A stretch of DNA of 59,465 nt, taken from positions 1 through 59,465 of IMG/VR virus record IMGVR_UViG_3300032212_000005; one strand, 5' to 3'. A program made the position numbers and the translations under genes. Under the pieces are notes generated by a model. The model was not told the origin of the DNA. It made no database searches and saw only the letters and a list, made by a program, of their open reading frames with translations. Origin of the DNA: a virus. Lineage: Duplodnaviria > Caudoviricetes. This document shows positions 9,004 to 17,647 of this stretch, in pieces (the stretch's first letter is position 1; every line of letters begins with the position of its first letter).

Positions 9004-9042
9004 CGGAGTTATAGTCAGAGAATTTCCGAGGCTATAACTCCG
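9004..9042 (+). promoter_or_regulatory. 13-bp stem-loop without U-tract (RNA processing or stability element?)
   Basis: CGGAGTTATAGTC...GGCTATAACTCCG just upstream of the RBS of 9061. Confidence 0.55.
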
Positions 9043-9060
9043 CACCACAAGGAGTAAGGT

Positions 9061-9384
9061 TTGTCTGATTTAATTGATAACACAAAGATCCTGGAAGATC
9101 TGGATGCTGGAATGTTTCAGCAAAAGATAGCAGCAGCCATGACTGACGCTGGACGCGCAGCGATTGGCTATGCAAAAAACTCAAAGGTTACAATCGTGCT
9201 GACGTATCACCCGATTAGTAATACCAGACAGTGCCAGGTAACGCACCAGATATCATCTGATGTGCCACACGAGTTCGGCAACACCGTCGACAAGGATACA
9301 AAAACCACTCCGGTTTATATCCATGACGATGGCCGGCAATCAATCACCCCTCAAAACCAAAAAGACATGTTCCCGACTGACTAA
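9061..9384 (+). CDS. YfdP-like partner of the DUF2303 protein
   Basis: LEDLDAGMFQQKI, KVTIVL, TTPVYI...Q..MF; usual position upstream of DUF2303. Confidence 0.75.
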   Translation: MSDLIDNTKILEDLDAGMFQQKIAAAMTDAGRAAIGYAKNSKVTIVLTYHPISNTRQCQVTHQISSDVPHEFGNTVDKDTKTTPVYIHDDGRQSITPQNQKDMFPTD

Positions 9385-9408
9385 GGGAGCATGCGTAAGG
9401 AGTAAGTT

Positions 9409-10212
9409 TTGGAAAGAGATACAATAGAAAAGTTGGAAGAAATGTCAAAATGCGGCGAGCCGGTTGATATAACTGATGTCCGCTCGATTCTTTTGTCTGA
9501 AGGGATGAGAGTAGAATCTCTTGAAAAATTCAATATACATCGTGATCGTTTCAAGGGTATTTATGAAACTCACGATTTGAAAGCTTTTATCGAGTATCAC
9601 GATGATCGCGAGGAAGCGAATACGTTTGTCGACATGGAAGCTATGACAGCCAGAACAATATTTGACCTGGGAACGCCAGAAGAGCCCCTGCATTGTGAAC
9701 ACAGAGCGTTGCTGACGCTTAAGGCAACGTCAGAGTACAGAGCATTCGACAAACTACATAAGTATGACTTTAGCCAGGAAGATCTTTTCAACTGGCTTCA
9801 GGACTGGCCGAATATGGTTGAACATATTTATGATACCGGCGAAAAAAGTGGTGAAATGACTTTCGATGTTGCTTGTATGAATATCAGAAACATCACCATT
9901 GAATCTCAATCGCAGGTCAATTCTCAGAATGGCGATTTTGTGAATGAGCGGTCAAATAGCGCGAGGATCGAAGCAAAGAGCAGTAGCGGTGAGCGATTAC
10001 CGGCTATTTTTACCTTGCAGTTTGTTCCCTATCGAGGATTTCGCCCAAGAACCATTGATTTGCGACTTGCTGTGAAGTTTGTTAATGAAAAGCCAATGAT
10101 TGCTTTGCGGACCATTGGCTTGGATGACATGCTTGAAGCGATAAGCGAGGAATTTCTCGATCATCTTGAATCCAAACTAGATTGCCTAATCGGTAGTTTC
10201 TTCATCAAATAA
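9409..10212 (+). CDS. DUF2303 (YfdQ) family protein
   Basis: RDRFKG, FVD...A..IFDLGTPEEPLHCEHRA.L.LK.T, Q..L.NWLQDW, PYRG. Confidence 0.85.
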   Translation: MERDTIEKLEEMSKCGEPVDITDVRSILLSEGMRVESLEKFNIHRDRFKGIYETHDLKAFIEYHDDREEANTFVDMEAMTARTIFDLGTPEEPLHCEHRALLTLKATSEYRAFDKLHKYDFSQEDLFNWLQDWPNMVEHIYDTGEKSGEMTFDVACMNIRNITIESQSQVNSQNGDFVNERSNSARIEAKSSSGERLPAIFTLQFVPYRGFRPRTIDLRLAVKFVNEKPMIALRTIGLDDMLEAISEEFLDHLESKLDCLIGSFFIK

Positions 10213-10223
10213 GAGGTTAAGCA

Positions 10224-10535
10224 ATGGCTGATTACAAACCAAGACCGAATGATATTTGGTATTCTGAGTTTGAATTAGCCGTTGCCTATCTCGAGAGAGA
10301 GAAAATTGAAAATGAACGTAAAAATAATTGCGGTACTGATTTCAGTAGTGGTGGGTTTATTCGCCATCTTGCAGGTATTGAACGAACGGAACAAAGCCTT
10401 GCAGCAGACAATTACAACGATGGAAGGTTTGATTGCGACTCAAGAAAGGACCATGGAACTATCGCAGGCCCTGAATCTTCAGAACAGAGCAACCCAACAA
10501 GACCTGGAAGCCAAGCTTCGGGCGAAAGACAGTGA
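10224..10535 (+). CDS. Hypothetical protein overlapping the i-spanin
   Basis: GAGG RBS and ATG; last 224 nt overlap the spanin in another frame. Confidence 0.4.
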   Translation: MADYKPRPNDIWYSEFELAVAYLEREKIENERKNNCGTDFSSGGFIRHLAGIERTEQSLAADNYNDGRFDCDSRKDHGTIAGPESSEQSNPTRPGSQASGERQ

Positions 10536-10737
10536 ACATCAAGCAATGGAGAGGGAGTTATACCATGCCAGCATTACTGCAAACGTCGAGTATCTTCAGA
10601 AGCCTTTCGAGTCTGGCAATGATATTGCTGATCGTCGTCGGCGTATCTTCATGCGGATTGATGGCACGGAAAATCGAGGTCAGAGAGATACCTTACCTGC
10701 CGCCAATAGTGCTTCCCCCGGAACCGAGACAAACTGA
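10312..10737 (+). CDS. Inner-membrane spanin (Rz-like)
   Basis: N-terminal TM (VKIIAVLISVVVGLFAIL) plus coiled coil; overlaps a lipoprotein gene. Confidence 0.75.
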   Translation: MNVKIIAVLISVVVGLFAILQVLNERNKALQQTITTMEGLIATQERTMELSQALNLQNRATQQDLEAKLRAKDSEHQAMERELYHASITANVEYLQKPFESGNDIADRRRRIFMRIDGTENRGQRDTLPAANSASPGTETN

Positions 10738-11053
10738 TTTTGCAGACAGACTGCCCCAACCATTGGTGCTAAGTAGCGCTGAGGCGGCTTATTATGCTGA
10801 AGCTTGCGAAGCATTCCAGTCTGGAGAGTACACGACACTGGAACTGTCGAGCAGTTACCCTGGATTAACGCCTGATGCAGCCTGCAATTGGAGTTTGGCT
10901 TGCTATACCGTTGCTGGAACTGGGCAGTTTGATGAGATATTAAACGATGTGGCGCTTGAGTTTGAGCGAAACAGAGACATTGACGCGGCTTTGAGGCGAA
11001 TTATCCAAAGTATTGAGACTGTGGTGCGGAAGAGGAATGAAGATGGAAATTGA
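10565..11053 (+). CDS. Outer-membrane lipoprotein spanin (Rz1-like)
   Basis: GAGGGAG RBS; lipobox VVGVSS-C; Pro-rich linker; overlaps the i-spanin in the +1 frame. Confidence 0.72.
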   Translation: MPALLQTSSIFRSLSSLAMILLIVVGVSSCGLMARKIEVREIPYLPPIVLPPEPRQTDFADRLPQPLVLSSAEAAYYAEACEAFQSGEYTTLELSSSYPGLTPDAACNWSLACYTVAGTGQFDEILNDVALEFERNRDIDAALRRIIQSIETVVRKRNEDGN

Positions 11054-11489
11054 TTTGGAAAAAATCAGTGATCACGTACACGATACTTTGCCCGAAGGGC
11101 TAGTTTATCTTCTAGCACTCTTCCCCCCAGGTGCGGAAGGGGAAACAGAAAAGCAGGCTTACATACTGTTTAACTGTGAGAATACGGAACTGCCCTTATT
11201 GTTTGCCACAATTGCGGGTAATATTGAACGTGAAGACACACAGTTGTTTGAATTTAATAAAAAAATAGGAAATACCATGGCCGGAAAAGATATGTTTGAT
11301 TTTGAATCAATGTCAGAAACCATTAAGCATTTTGGTGACAAGCAACTGGTCGTCAATGACCCAGTTCAGGGAGACATGGTGATTCCTGTCACACTGAATG
11401 ATTTGGTTCGATTCACGCACGAAAGCGGCGCTTGCACCAGCAGACATCAGACTGCAGCAGAGCTACAAGGAACTGAGGAGAACGAATAG
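11043..11489 (+). CDS. Hypothetical protein
   Basis: GAGG RBS; packed operon. Confidence 0.65.
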   Translation: MEIDLEKISDHVHDTLPEGLVYLLALFPPGAEGETEKQAYILFNCENTELPLLFATIAGNIEREDTQLFEFNKKIGNTMAGKDMFDFESMSETIKHFGDKQLVVNDPVQGDMVIPVTLNDLVRFTHESGACTSRHQTAAELQGTEENE

Positions 11490-11704
11490 TGTACTTCTTA
11501 GCTATCATCACCGTAATCGCACTGATTATTGTCATATACGGTTACTGCAATGCCAGGCAATTTGAGCTGTTTGTTTCTGCGCTGGATAAAGAAGAAGAAT
11601 ATGATTCTTTCTCTTTTGTCCTGGGACTTGGAGTAATGTTGATTTGTTTTTTTATAGGTTTGTGGGCCGGTTCTGTGTGGTATGGCTTAAATCCTATCTG
11701 GTAG
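11489..11704 (+). CDS. Two-TM small membrane protein (holin candidate)
   Basis: Two hydrophobic segments in 71 aa, near the spanins. Confidence 0.5.
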   Translation: MYFLAIITVIALIIVIYGYCNARQFELFVSALDKEEEYDSFSFVLGLGVMLICFFIGLWAGSVWYGLNPIW

Positions 11705-11717
11705 CTTTTGCGATTCT

Positions 11718-12530
11718 ATGATTAAAAAGACAAACAGAACGGTTTATGAAGCGAAGCTAAAAGGTTTATCGGACCTGGACGCATATCGCGCCGGCTTCCC
11801 TCTATCTAAAAAATGGAAGGATGAAACCGTCGAGAAGAAAGCAGCGGCGCTATTGAGTACCGATGAAGCAAAGGCTTTTCTCGAGAAGAACGCGCCCAAG
11901 AAGAAGCCTAAGAAAAAGGCCAAAGCCAAACCCAAGCAGAAGCTACTCGGTAAACAGTTTGTCACACACGAAATCAGAGAATCGTTCTGCCGGCATTTTG
12001 TTATCCATATGAATGGTGTTGAGGCTGTGCTGGCTTCTAACTCAAAAGCAACGACAAGAGCCTCAGCGGCGGTAATGGCGAGCCGTTTGTTGTCAGATGA
12101 GAGAATCATTGATCGAATAGCAGAATTAAAAGAAGAGTCCATTGACCGTTTGGAGCTTTCGGCAGATCGAGTGCTTCAAGAGTTCGCCAGGGTAGGGTTT
12201 TCCGATATACGAAAGATATTCACTGAAAAAGGCCATTTACGTGATATTACTTCAATTGACACTATCACGGCAGGCGCCATATCCTCAGTTGAAGTGGTCG
12301 CAAAGCCAACCAAAAACGAAGATGGAGAATATGAAGTAGAGCATATCCACAAGATCAGAATGGCGCCGAAAGTATCGGCCCTGGATAGCCTCGCTAAACA
12401 CTTTGGATTGACGAAAGAGAGATTAGAGTTAAGTGGCCCGGATGATGGGCCAGTTGAAACGATAACAACCGAAATGAGCCCGGAACAGGCGGCTCAAATC
12501 TACAAGGAGCGTATGCAACGCCCTAAGTAG
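11718..12530 (+). CDS. terS: Terminase small subunit
   Basis: ASRLL....I, ADRVLQEFARVGFSDIRK, K.SALDSLAKHFG, LELSGPD, MSPEQAAQIY. Confidence 0.88.
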   Translation: MIKKTNRTVYEAKLKGLSDLDAYRAGFPLSKKWKDETVEKKAAALLSTDEAKAFLEKNAPKKKPKKKAKAKPKQKLLGKQFVTHEIRESFCRHFVIHMNGVEAVLASNSKATTRASAAVMASRLLSDERIIDRIAELKEESIDRLELSADRVLQEFARVGFSDIRKIFTEKGHLRDITSIDTITAGAISSVEVVAKPTKNEDGEYEVEHIHKIRMAPKVSALDSLAKHFGLTKERLELSGPDDGPVETITTEMSPEQAAQIYKERMQRPK

Positions 12531-12553
12531 ATCGCAAAAACAGAGGGAATGTT

Positions 12554-12877
12554 TTGCAGCAAGTGGAGTTTGTCAAAATACCGCATAAAGGCTATGTGAT
12601 GGATGTAGCCGTTGAGGAACACATTGTTAATCATTGCTTGCCTGATGATCACTGGGAAAGCTATCTACGCTTCAAATACACCTGTGAATTAACTGGGGGA
12701 AAGCTAAGGTTAACTCGCGGTAACAAGGTTGACGGTGATTTGATTGGCGAGATTGATTCTGAGTATTTTGCAAAAACAATACCTGAGATATACAGCGGTG
12801 ATGCTGAAGAGGCTAAACAGCGCTTCTGGCTTGCCGGAATCAAACACGAAGAATGGTTGGGAGACAGAAAATGGTAG
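12554..12877 (+). CDS. Hypothetical protein
   Basis: GAGGG RBS; packed ORF. Confidence 0.6.
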   Translation: MQQVEFVKIPHKGYVMDVAVEEHIVNHCLPDDHWESYLRFKYTCELTGGKLRLTRGNKVDGDLIGEIDSEYFAKTIPEIYSGDAEEAKQRFWLAGIKHEEWLGDRKW

Positions 12878-13098
12878 ATTTAAGTGAAATGAGGGAAGCT
12901 TTATCTGAAGCCGAAGCCCAAATTTATCGAACGGAAAGGATGACTGCTGATATGGCTTACTTGTTAAAGGGCAGGCTTAGAGGTGTCACTAACGGATATC
13001 ACCACAAATTCAATCAATATCAGAGAGCAAAAATGCTTGCAGCGCTCAAGCGAGAACTTGCTGACTTTAATGCATCAACACTAACCTGGAAGGATTAA
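12871..13098 (+). CDS. Hypothetical protein
   Basis: GGAG RBS; L..LKREL.DFN....WK ending seen in phage early proteins. Confidence 0.65.
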   Translation: MVDLSEMREALSEAEAQIYRTERMTADMAYLLKGRLRGVTNGYHHKFNQYQRAKMLAALKRELADFNASTLTWKD

Positions 13099-13100
13099 GA

Positions 13101-13535
13101 ATGGCTCGCGGTATAAATAAAGTAATACTGGTTGGCAACCTGGGCAATGACCCTGAAACTCGCTATTTGCCTGATGGTGGTGCGGTAACGAATATCAGTA
13201 TTGCGACTTCCGAAAGCTGGAAGGATAAGAACACCGGGCAGAAAAACGAAAGGACCGAATGGCATAGAGTCGTTTTCTTTCGTCGTCTGGCGGAGATAGC
13301 GGCTGAATACCTGAAGAAAGGCTCCAAGGTTTACATCGAAGGCAAGCTACGCACCAGGCAATGGGAGAAAGACGGCCAGAAGCACTACAGCACCGAAATT
13401 ATCGCTGATGAAATGCAGATGCTCGATAGCCTGGGCGATTCACCTGAACCCCAACCCCAGGACCGGGGTGGATCTTCAGCACCATCTTATGAAACACCAC
13501 CACCGGAGGATTTTGACGATGACATACCCTTCTAA
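13101..13535 (+). CDS. ssb: Single-stranded DNA-binding protein
   Basis: [15 protein letters not shown]...TEWHRVV...DDDIPF. Confidence 0.97.
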   Translation: MARGINKVILVGNLGNDPETRYLPDGGAVTNISIATSESWKDKNTGQKNERTEWHRVVFFRRLAEIAAEYLKKGSKVYIEGKLRTRQWEKDGQKHYSTEIIADEMQMLDSLGDSPEPQPQDRGGSSAPSYETPPPEDFDDDIPF

Positions 13536-13776
13536 CAAATTTGATTTGATAGATGAGGCAATCAACAAAAATGTAATAGAAACATTGCCAAAAAGAGAGT
13601 TGATTGTCATTAAAGCTAGGCGCGCTGGCAGAACCCTTGATGATATAGGGGTTGAAATAGGTCGCGTGAAAGATCCACGACATCCGGTTTCCAGGGAGAG
13701 AGTTAGGGCGATAGAGGCCAAGGCGCTACGTAGGTTAAAGGGGAGGTTAGCCAAACTGGAGGCAAGCCATGAGTGA
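13519..13776 (+). CDS. Stand-alone sigma70 region-4 HTH protein
   Basis: GGAGGA RBS; [32 protein letters not shown]. Confidence 0.8.
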   Translation: MTYPSNKFDLIDEAINKNVIETLPKRELIVIKARRAGRTLDDIGVEIGRVKDPRHPVSRERVRAIEAKALRRLKGRLAKLEASHE

Positions 13777-14035
13777 TATGCCTGATGTGATTTGGATGCA
13801 CGAGGAATTAGACATTGTTATGACAGTAGGTGCCCCAGCTATAGGCGGGCACAAGTACACCAAATACCTCTCAGCCTCACACGTAGAACAAAACTATGTG
13901 CCCCGAGAGTTAGTAGATGATCTGTTAAACGCTTGTGTTGAGGTGAACTGGTACGCAATTAAAGAAGACATGCGGACGCACCAATCAGTTAAGCGATGGA
14001 AAGAAGCAGCCATAAAGATAAGAGGTAAGTCATGA
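13769..14035 (+). CDS. Hypothetical protein
   Basis: GGAGG RBS; overlapping start/stop. Confidence 0.65.
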   Translation: MSDMPDVIWMHEELDIVMTVGAPAIGGHKYTKYLSASHVEQNYVPRELVDDLLNACVEVNWYAIKEDMRTHQSVKRWKEAAIKIRGKS

Positions 14036-14304
14036 GAGGTAAGGCAAAGTTACAGTTCATTGAAGATTGCGCCCCGTTTGACCCGCCAATTACTTACTTC
14101 AATGAAGCGTTAATGATAGACCGTAACGCCCTCATCACCGACCTGGTTGATGCTTTGGAAGAGAGTGATTGCCCTTATAAATCTCCTGGTGCGCCTATTT
14201 GCATAGATGGAAAGCTCCATGAGGACCAAGCTGTTTTTGATTGCGACTGGCACGCCAAACGCACAGCACTGATTGAACGAGCAAAGGGGGTGGTAGGTGA
14301 GTAA
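14032..14304 (+). CDS. Hypothetical protein
   Basis: ATGA coupling; GAGG RBS. Confidence 0.6.
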   Translation: MRGKAKLQFIEDCAPFDPPITYFNEALMIDRNALITDLVDALEESDCPYKSPGAPICIDGKLHEDQAVFDCDWHAKRTALIERAKGVVGE

Positions 14305-14950
14305 ATACAAGTTTAGCGTAGGCGATTCTTACCCCGAAAGGGAAATCTCCACAGCGGGAATTCACGTCGATGAGGGTGGAAGTAAGCACGGAAATAGAAT
14401 AGAGGTTTACGGCTCTTCTTTGGAGAGTGCCGAAGCCCTTAGAGATTACGTGCTAGAAGCCAACGCCCGAGCCGATAAGCTAGAGGCAGAAAACGCCGAA
14501 TTAGAACAGCGAATAGCTGCGTTTCGAACCTCTGATTTTGCGTGGAAACGCTTTGTTGATCGCCTGAAGGAAGATAACGCTAAAGACAAGGCCGGGCTGC
14601 TTGAGCACCTGAAGGCACTAACAAGGGTGGAAGTAGACAGGCTGGAAATGGTGCCCGACCCAATGGGTGATTATGTTCTGCACTCAGACTACGAAGCCCT
14701 GCAACAAGAGAACGCCGAGCTTAAAAAAACCAATCTGAAATTAATGGACGAGCGGAAATCAGTTGTAGAGAACGGTATGGAAGTGGCCGCACTACTCGGC
14801 AAGCAAATAGAAAATCTTAAAGACGCGTTGCGCACTATTCGCATCCAGGATGAAAGCTACGACACAGAAGACGAGGTTTTGGGTTTTATATTCTTGACTG
14901 CTGAAAAAGCATTAGCTGCCATCCCACCAGTAGACAGAGAGGAAGGGTGA
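14297..14950 (+). CDS. Hypothetical mosaic coiled-coil (ead/Ea22-like) protein
   Basis: Coiled coils; GDYVLHSDYEAL motif typical of lambdoid accessory proteins. Confidence 0.6.
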   Translation: MSKYKFSVGDSYPEREISTAGIHVDEGGSKHGNRIEVYGSSLESAEALRDYVLEANARADKLEAENAELEQRIAAFRTSDFAWKRFVDRLKEDNAKDKAGLLEHLKALTRVEVDRLEMVPDPMGDYVLHSDYEALQQENAELKKTNLKLMDERKSVVENGMEVAALLGKQIENLKDALRTIRIQDESYDTEDEVLGFIFLTAEKALAAIPPVDREEG

Positions 14951-15600
14951 TCATGAAAGAGCGCCCAATTCTATTCAATGCCGCAATGGTCAACGCGATC
15001 TTAGATGGTCGAAAGACTCAGACTAGGCGAATCATCAAGAACGTGGATCGTCGCAACTGGATCAAGACCCCGAAGGGCCATCCAGGTTGTCATGTTGTTC
15101 ATGGTCTGAAGTATTGCCCATACGGGGAGGTGGGCGATCAGCTATGGGTAAGAGAAATCCATTATTACGACATTCCACTGGTGAATATGAAAACCCAACC
15201 CGAGAACTACGACCCTAGAGACATGTACTACCGTGCAAATGGTGAGTGTTGCCAGCAAATACCAGAGTGCCAGTGTTTTGATGTCGGAAAACCCAAGTGG
15301 CGCCCATCAATATTCATGCCTCGCTGGGCTAGTCGCATTCAGTTAGAGATTACTGATGTTCGTGTTGAGCTGCTAAACAACATCAGCGATGAAGACGTGA
15401 AAGCGGAAGGAACTTACACACTACAGAGTACAGATTTTCCAACGAAGCCATTTTACCGCAGCCTGATGGAACCGAAGATACTGTTTGAAATTCTGTGGGA
15501 CTCAATCAACGCAAAGAAACATCCATGGGAATCTAATCCCTGGGTCTGGGTGGTTGAGTTCAAACAGGTCGCAGTACCAGATACAGAGGAAGGTGATTGA
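14947..15600 (+). CDS. ASCH/PUA-like phage protein
   Basis: ERPILFN..MV.AILDGRKTQTRR, CPYG..GD.LWVRE, WRPSIFMPRWASRI.LEI, NPWVWVVEF. Confidence 0.88.
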   Translation: MIMKERPILFNAAMVNAILDGRKTQTRRIIKNVDRRNWIKTPKGHPGCHVVHGLKYCPYGEVGDQLWVREIHYYDIPLVNMKTQPENYDPRDMYYRANGECCQQIPECQCFDVGKPKWRPSIFMPRWASRIQLEITDVRVELLNNISDEDVKAEGTYTLQSTDFPTKPFYRSLMEPKILFEILWDSINAKKHPWESNPWVWVVEFKQVAVPDTEEGD

Positions 15601-15658
15601 TGAGAGATGCAATTGTTCATCACGGAGTAATGACGACACCAACAAGTAGGAGAGAGCA

Positions 15659-15865
15659 GTGGCGATTACAACAGACGGAGAAAACAGACTGACCCCGAAA
15701 CAAGCGGCGAAGGAAGTTATTAAGGAGGCGCTTTGGAACGCTGAAATGCTATGTGATACCAGTGCTGGTGAAAGTATTGAAGGCCATGCTACAGATCGAG
15801 AGATTGAATTGGTTTCAGCGCAGATCGAAAAATTGTTTTCCCGAATAAACAAAATCTTGGATTAG
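15659..15865 (+). CDS. Hypothetical protein
   Basis: AGGAG RBS. Confidence 0.65.
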   Translation: MAITTDGENRLTPKQAAKEVIKEALWNAEMLCDTSAGESIEGHATDREIELVSAQIEKLFSRINKILD

Positions 15866-15886
15866 CCCACCCCATAGGAGAGAGCA

Positions 15887-16141
15887 ATGGATAACGTTTT
15901 AAAACAAGAGTGGTTTTTGCTTGGCGTGCCTTGGTGCCCTAGCGACTTGTCAGGTTTGGTCATACTAGCTGGGAGCGATGATCCACATATAGCCACTCAA
16001 CTACTCGACTGTGACGAATTGAGATATTTGGCGGAAGAAGAAAACGACATCAGTGAAGAAGAGTGTAAGCAGGTGTTCAGGGCTGTCGCTGCTCATATCG
16101 TTGAAATTCACAACAACTCCCTACTAACACAACCCCAATAG
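15887..16141 (+). CDS. Hypothetical protein
   Basis: AGGAG RBS. Confidence 0.65.
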   Translation: MDNVLKQEWFLLGVPWCPSDLSGLVILAGSDDPHIATQLLDCDELRYLAEEENDISEEECKQVFRAVAAHIVEIHNNSLLTQPQ

Positions 16142-16149
16142 GTAAGAGT

Positions 16150-16557
16150 ATGAGCAGAGAGATTAAGTTTAGAGGTAAGTGTAATGATAACGCTGTGTGG
16201 CTTTATGGTGACTTGGTTACAGATAAAGCTAACAGATTTATCTTGCGTCGAGACGCATCAGCTTTCGATGAAGTTGACGAAGTACGCCCCGAAACAGTAG
16301 GCCAGTTCACCGGACTACACGATAAGAACGGCGTTGAGATTTATGAGGGGGATGTTTTTCAGTCCTTCTATCATCCAGAAGTCGTCTTTCATCATACCGT
16401 CGAATGGTCCGATAGACTTAGTGGTTGGTATTGCCGCCATGAGAAAGATACGGACGACAAGGCAGGAAATGGCAGCGCCCAGCTTTGGGTGTTTCTTGGA
16501 GATAAATCACTGCACTCAGAGCTTATTGGCACCATCCACGATAAGGGGGAAGCGTGA
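16150..16557 (+). CDS. YopX family protein
   Basis: MSREIKFRG, ETVGQFTGLHDKNGVEIYEGD, ELIGTIHD. Confidence 0.92.
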   Translation: MSREIKFRGKCNDNAVWLYGDLVTDKANRFILRRDASAFDEVDEVRPETVGQFTGLHDKNGVEIYEGDVFQSFYHPEVVFHHTVEWSDRLSGWYCRHEKDTDDKAGNGSAQLWVFLGDKSLHSELIGTIHDKGEA

Positions 16558-16763
16558 AAAAGATCACAATACTACTCTGTTTGTTCCTGGGCGGATGCCT
16601 ACCGGAAGAAGAAGTTAAAGAGCCAGTTAAGCCAATGCTTCAAGGCCCGATCCCTGCACCAGTACCAGTCCTAGAGTATCCAGAACCGCCGCCAAAGGTC
16701 CGTTTACCTTCCACATCAAAGATCGCCAATCCATTTAAAAAGGTTAGGCGAGTAGGCGATTGA
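16554..16763 (+). CDS. Small Pro-rich lipoprotein
   Basis: MKKITILLCLFLGG-C lipobox. Confidence 0.7.
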   Translation: MKKITILLCLFLGGCLPEEEVKEPVKPMLQGPIPAPVPVLEYPEPPPKVRLPSTSKIANPFKKVRRVGD

Positions 16764-16866
16764 AACAAAACTGATATAAGAGATATGTTAATGCCTGTTA
16801 ATTATATTTGGAGACAGTGGATGATATCGTTGAGAAGTTCAGGGAAACCCTGATAGGAGGATTGGA

Positions 16867-17181
16867 GTGAGCATGACACTCGTCGATCAAATCAGAAAGG
16901 CCCGCGTCCGATACATGACAGAAGAGTATGATGGCCATGGAGAAGTATCAGGGTTTCTCGAGTTCAATCACCGAGATTATGCCCAGTTCAGGTCTGAAGT
17001 AGACTTTGATCGACTAAGCCTGGGTACGGGGGGCGAGATAGACAAGTTTGAAGGTATTGAACTTCTATCTGTTAAAGATATCCCGTGTTCAAAGGTGGAG
17101 TTTATGTTTTCCAACAACCAGTACCCTTATAGATACGCCCTCGCAACTGCCAAGCATTATGTGTTGGAATCTGAGCTATGA
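16867..17181 (+). CDS. Hypothetical protein
   Basis: GGAGG RBS. Confidence 0.65.
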   Translation: MSMTLVDQIRKARVRYMTEEYDGHGEVSGFLEFNHRDYAQFRSEVDFDRLSLGTGGEIDKFEGIELLSVKDIPCSKVEFMFSNNQYPYRYALATAKHYVLESEL

Positions 17182-17249
17182 ACCGACGTAAGTTCTTAAA
17201 GCAGCCGTACCCTCATGAATACCCTTGGTATCACGAGATAAGAAGATGA
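17178..17249 (+). CDS. 23-aa mini-ORF starting with twin-arginine motif MNRRKFLK (not in track)
   Basis: ATGA overlaps at both ends. Confidence 0.45.
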   Translation: MNRRKFLKQPYPHEYPWYHEIRR

Positions 17250-17647
17250 ACAGACGAAAACTCTTAAGCGCAATGATTGGCTCGATTGTGGCGGCGAAGG
17301 CCGCGCCGGTTAGTGCTTTAATTAGCTCGAACGGTACCAGCACGGCAGCCCCGGACATATCGCCTTTGTTCACCGGGGAGCTTGGATCAATTGACGAATT
17401 CAGGCTTATAACTCACGAAGCCGTCAAACAGTGGTCACTTTACGGTACAGGTTTGCCCAAAAACACATGGGGCGAGGATTGTTTCAAGCTCTTTGTTCCG
17501 CCTTCTCGTTATCGGCAGATACAGGAAAGTCATCCTGACCTGGCTGAATTGTATTATAGGCCGCTGGAGGATATTCCATTTAAGAAGAAGCCAACGAATT
17601 ATAAGACGCTAATAGATGGCAAGCCTTATGAACTCTGGGTAGGCTAG
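17246..17647 (+). CDS. Twin-arginine-signal-like protein carrying a capsid-like segment
   Basis: MNRRKLLSAMIGSIVAAKAAP; ELGSIDEFRLIT. Confidence 0.7.
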   Translation: MNRRKLLSAMIGSIVAAKAAPVSALISSNGTSTAAPDISPLFTGELGSIDEFRLITHEAVKQWSLYGTGLPKNTWGEDCFKLFVPPSRYRQIQESHPDLAELYYRPLEDIPFKKKPTNYKTLIDGKPYELWVG

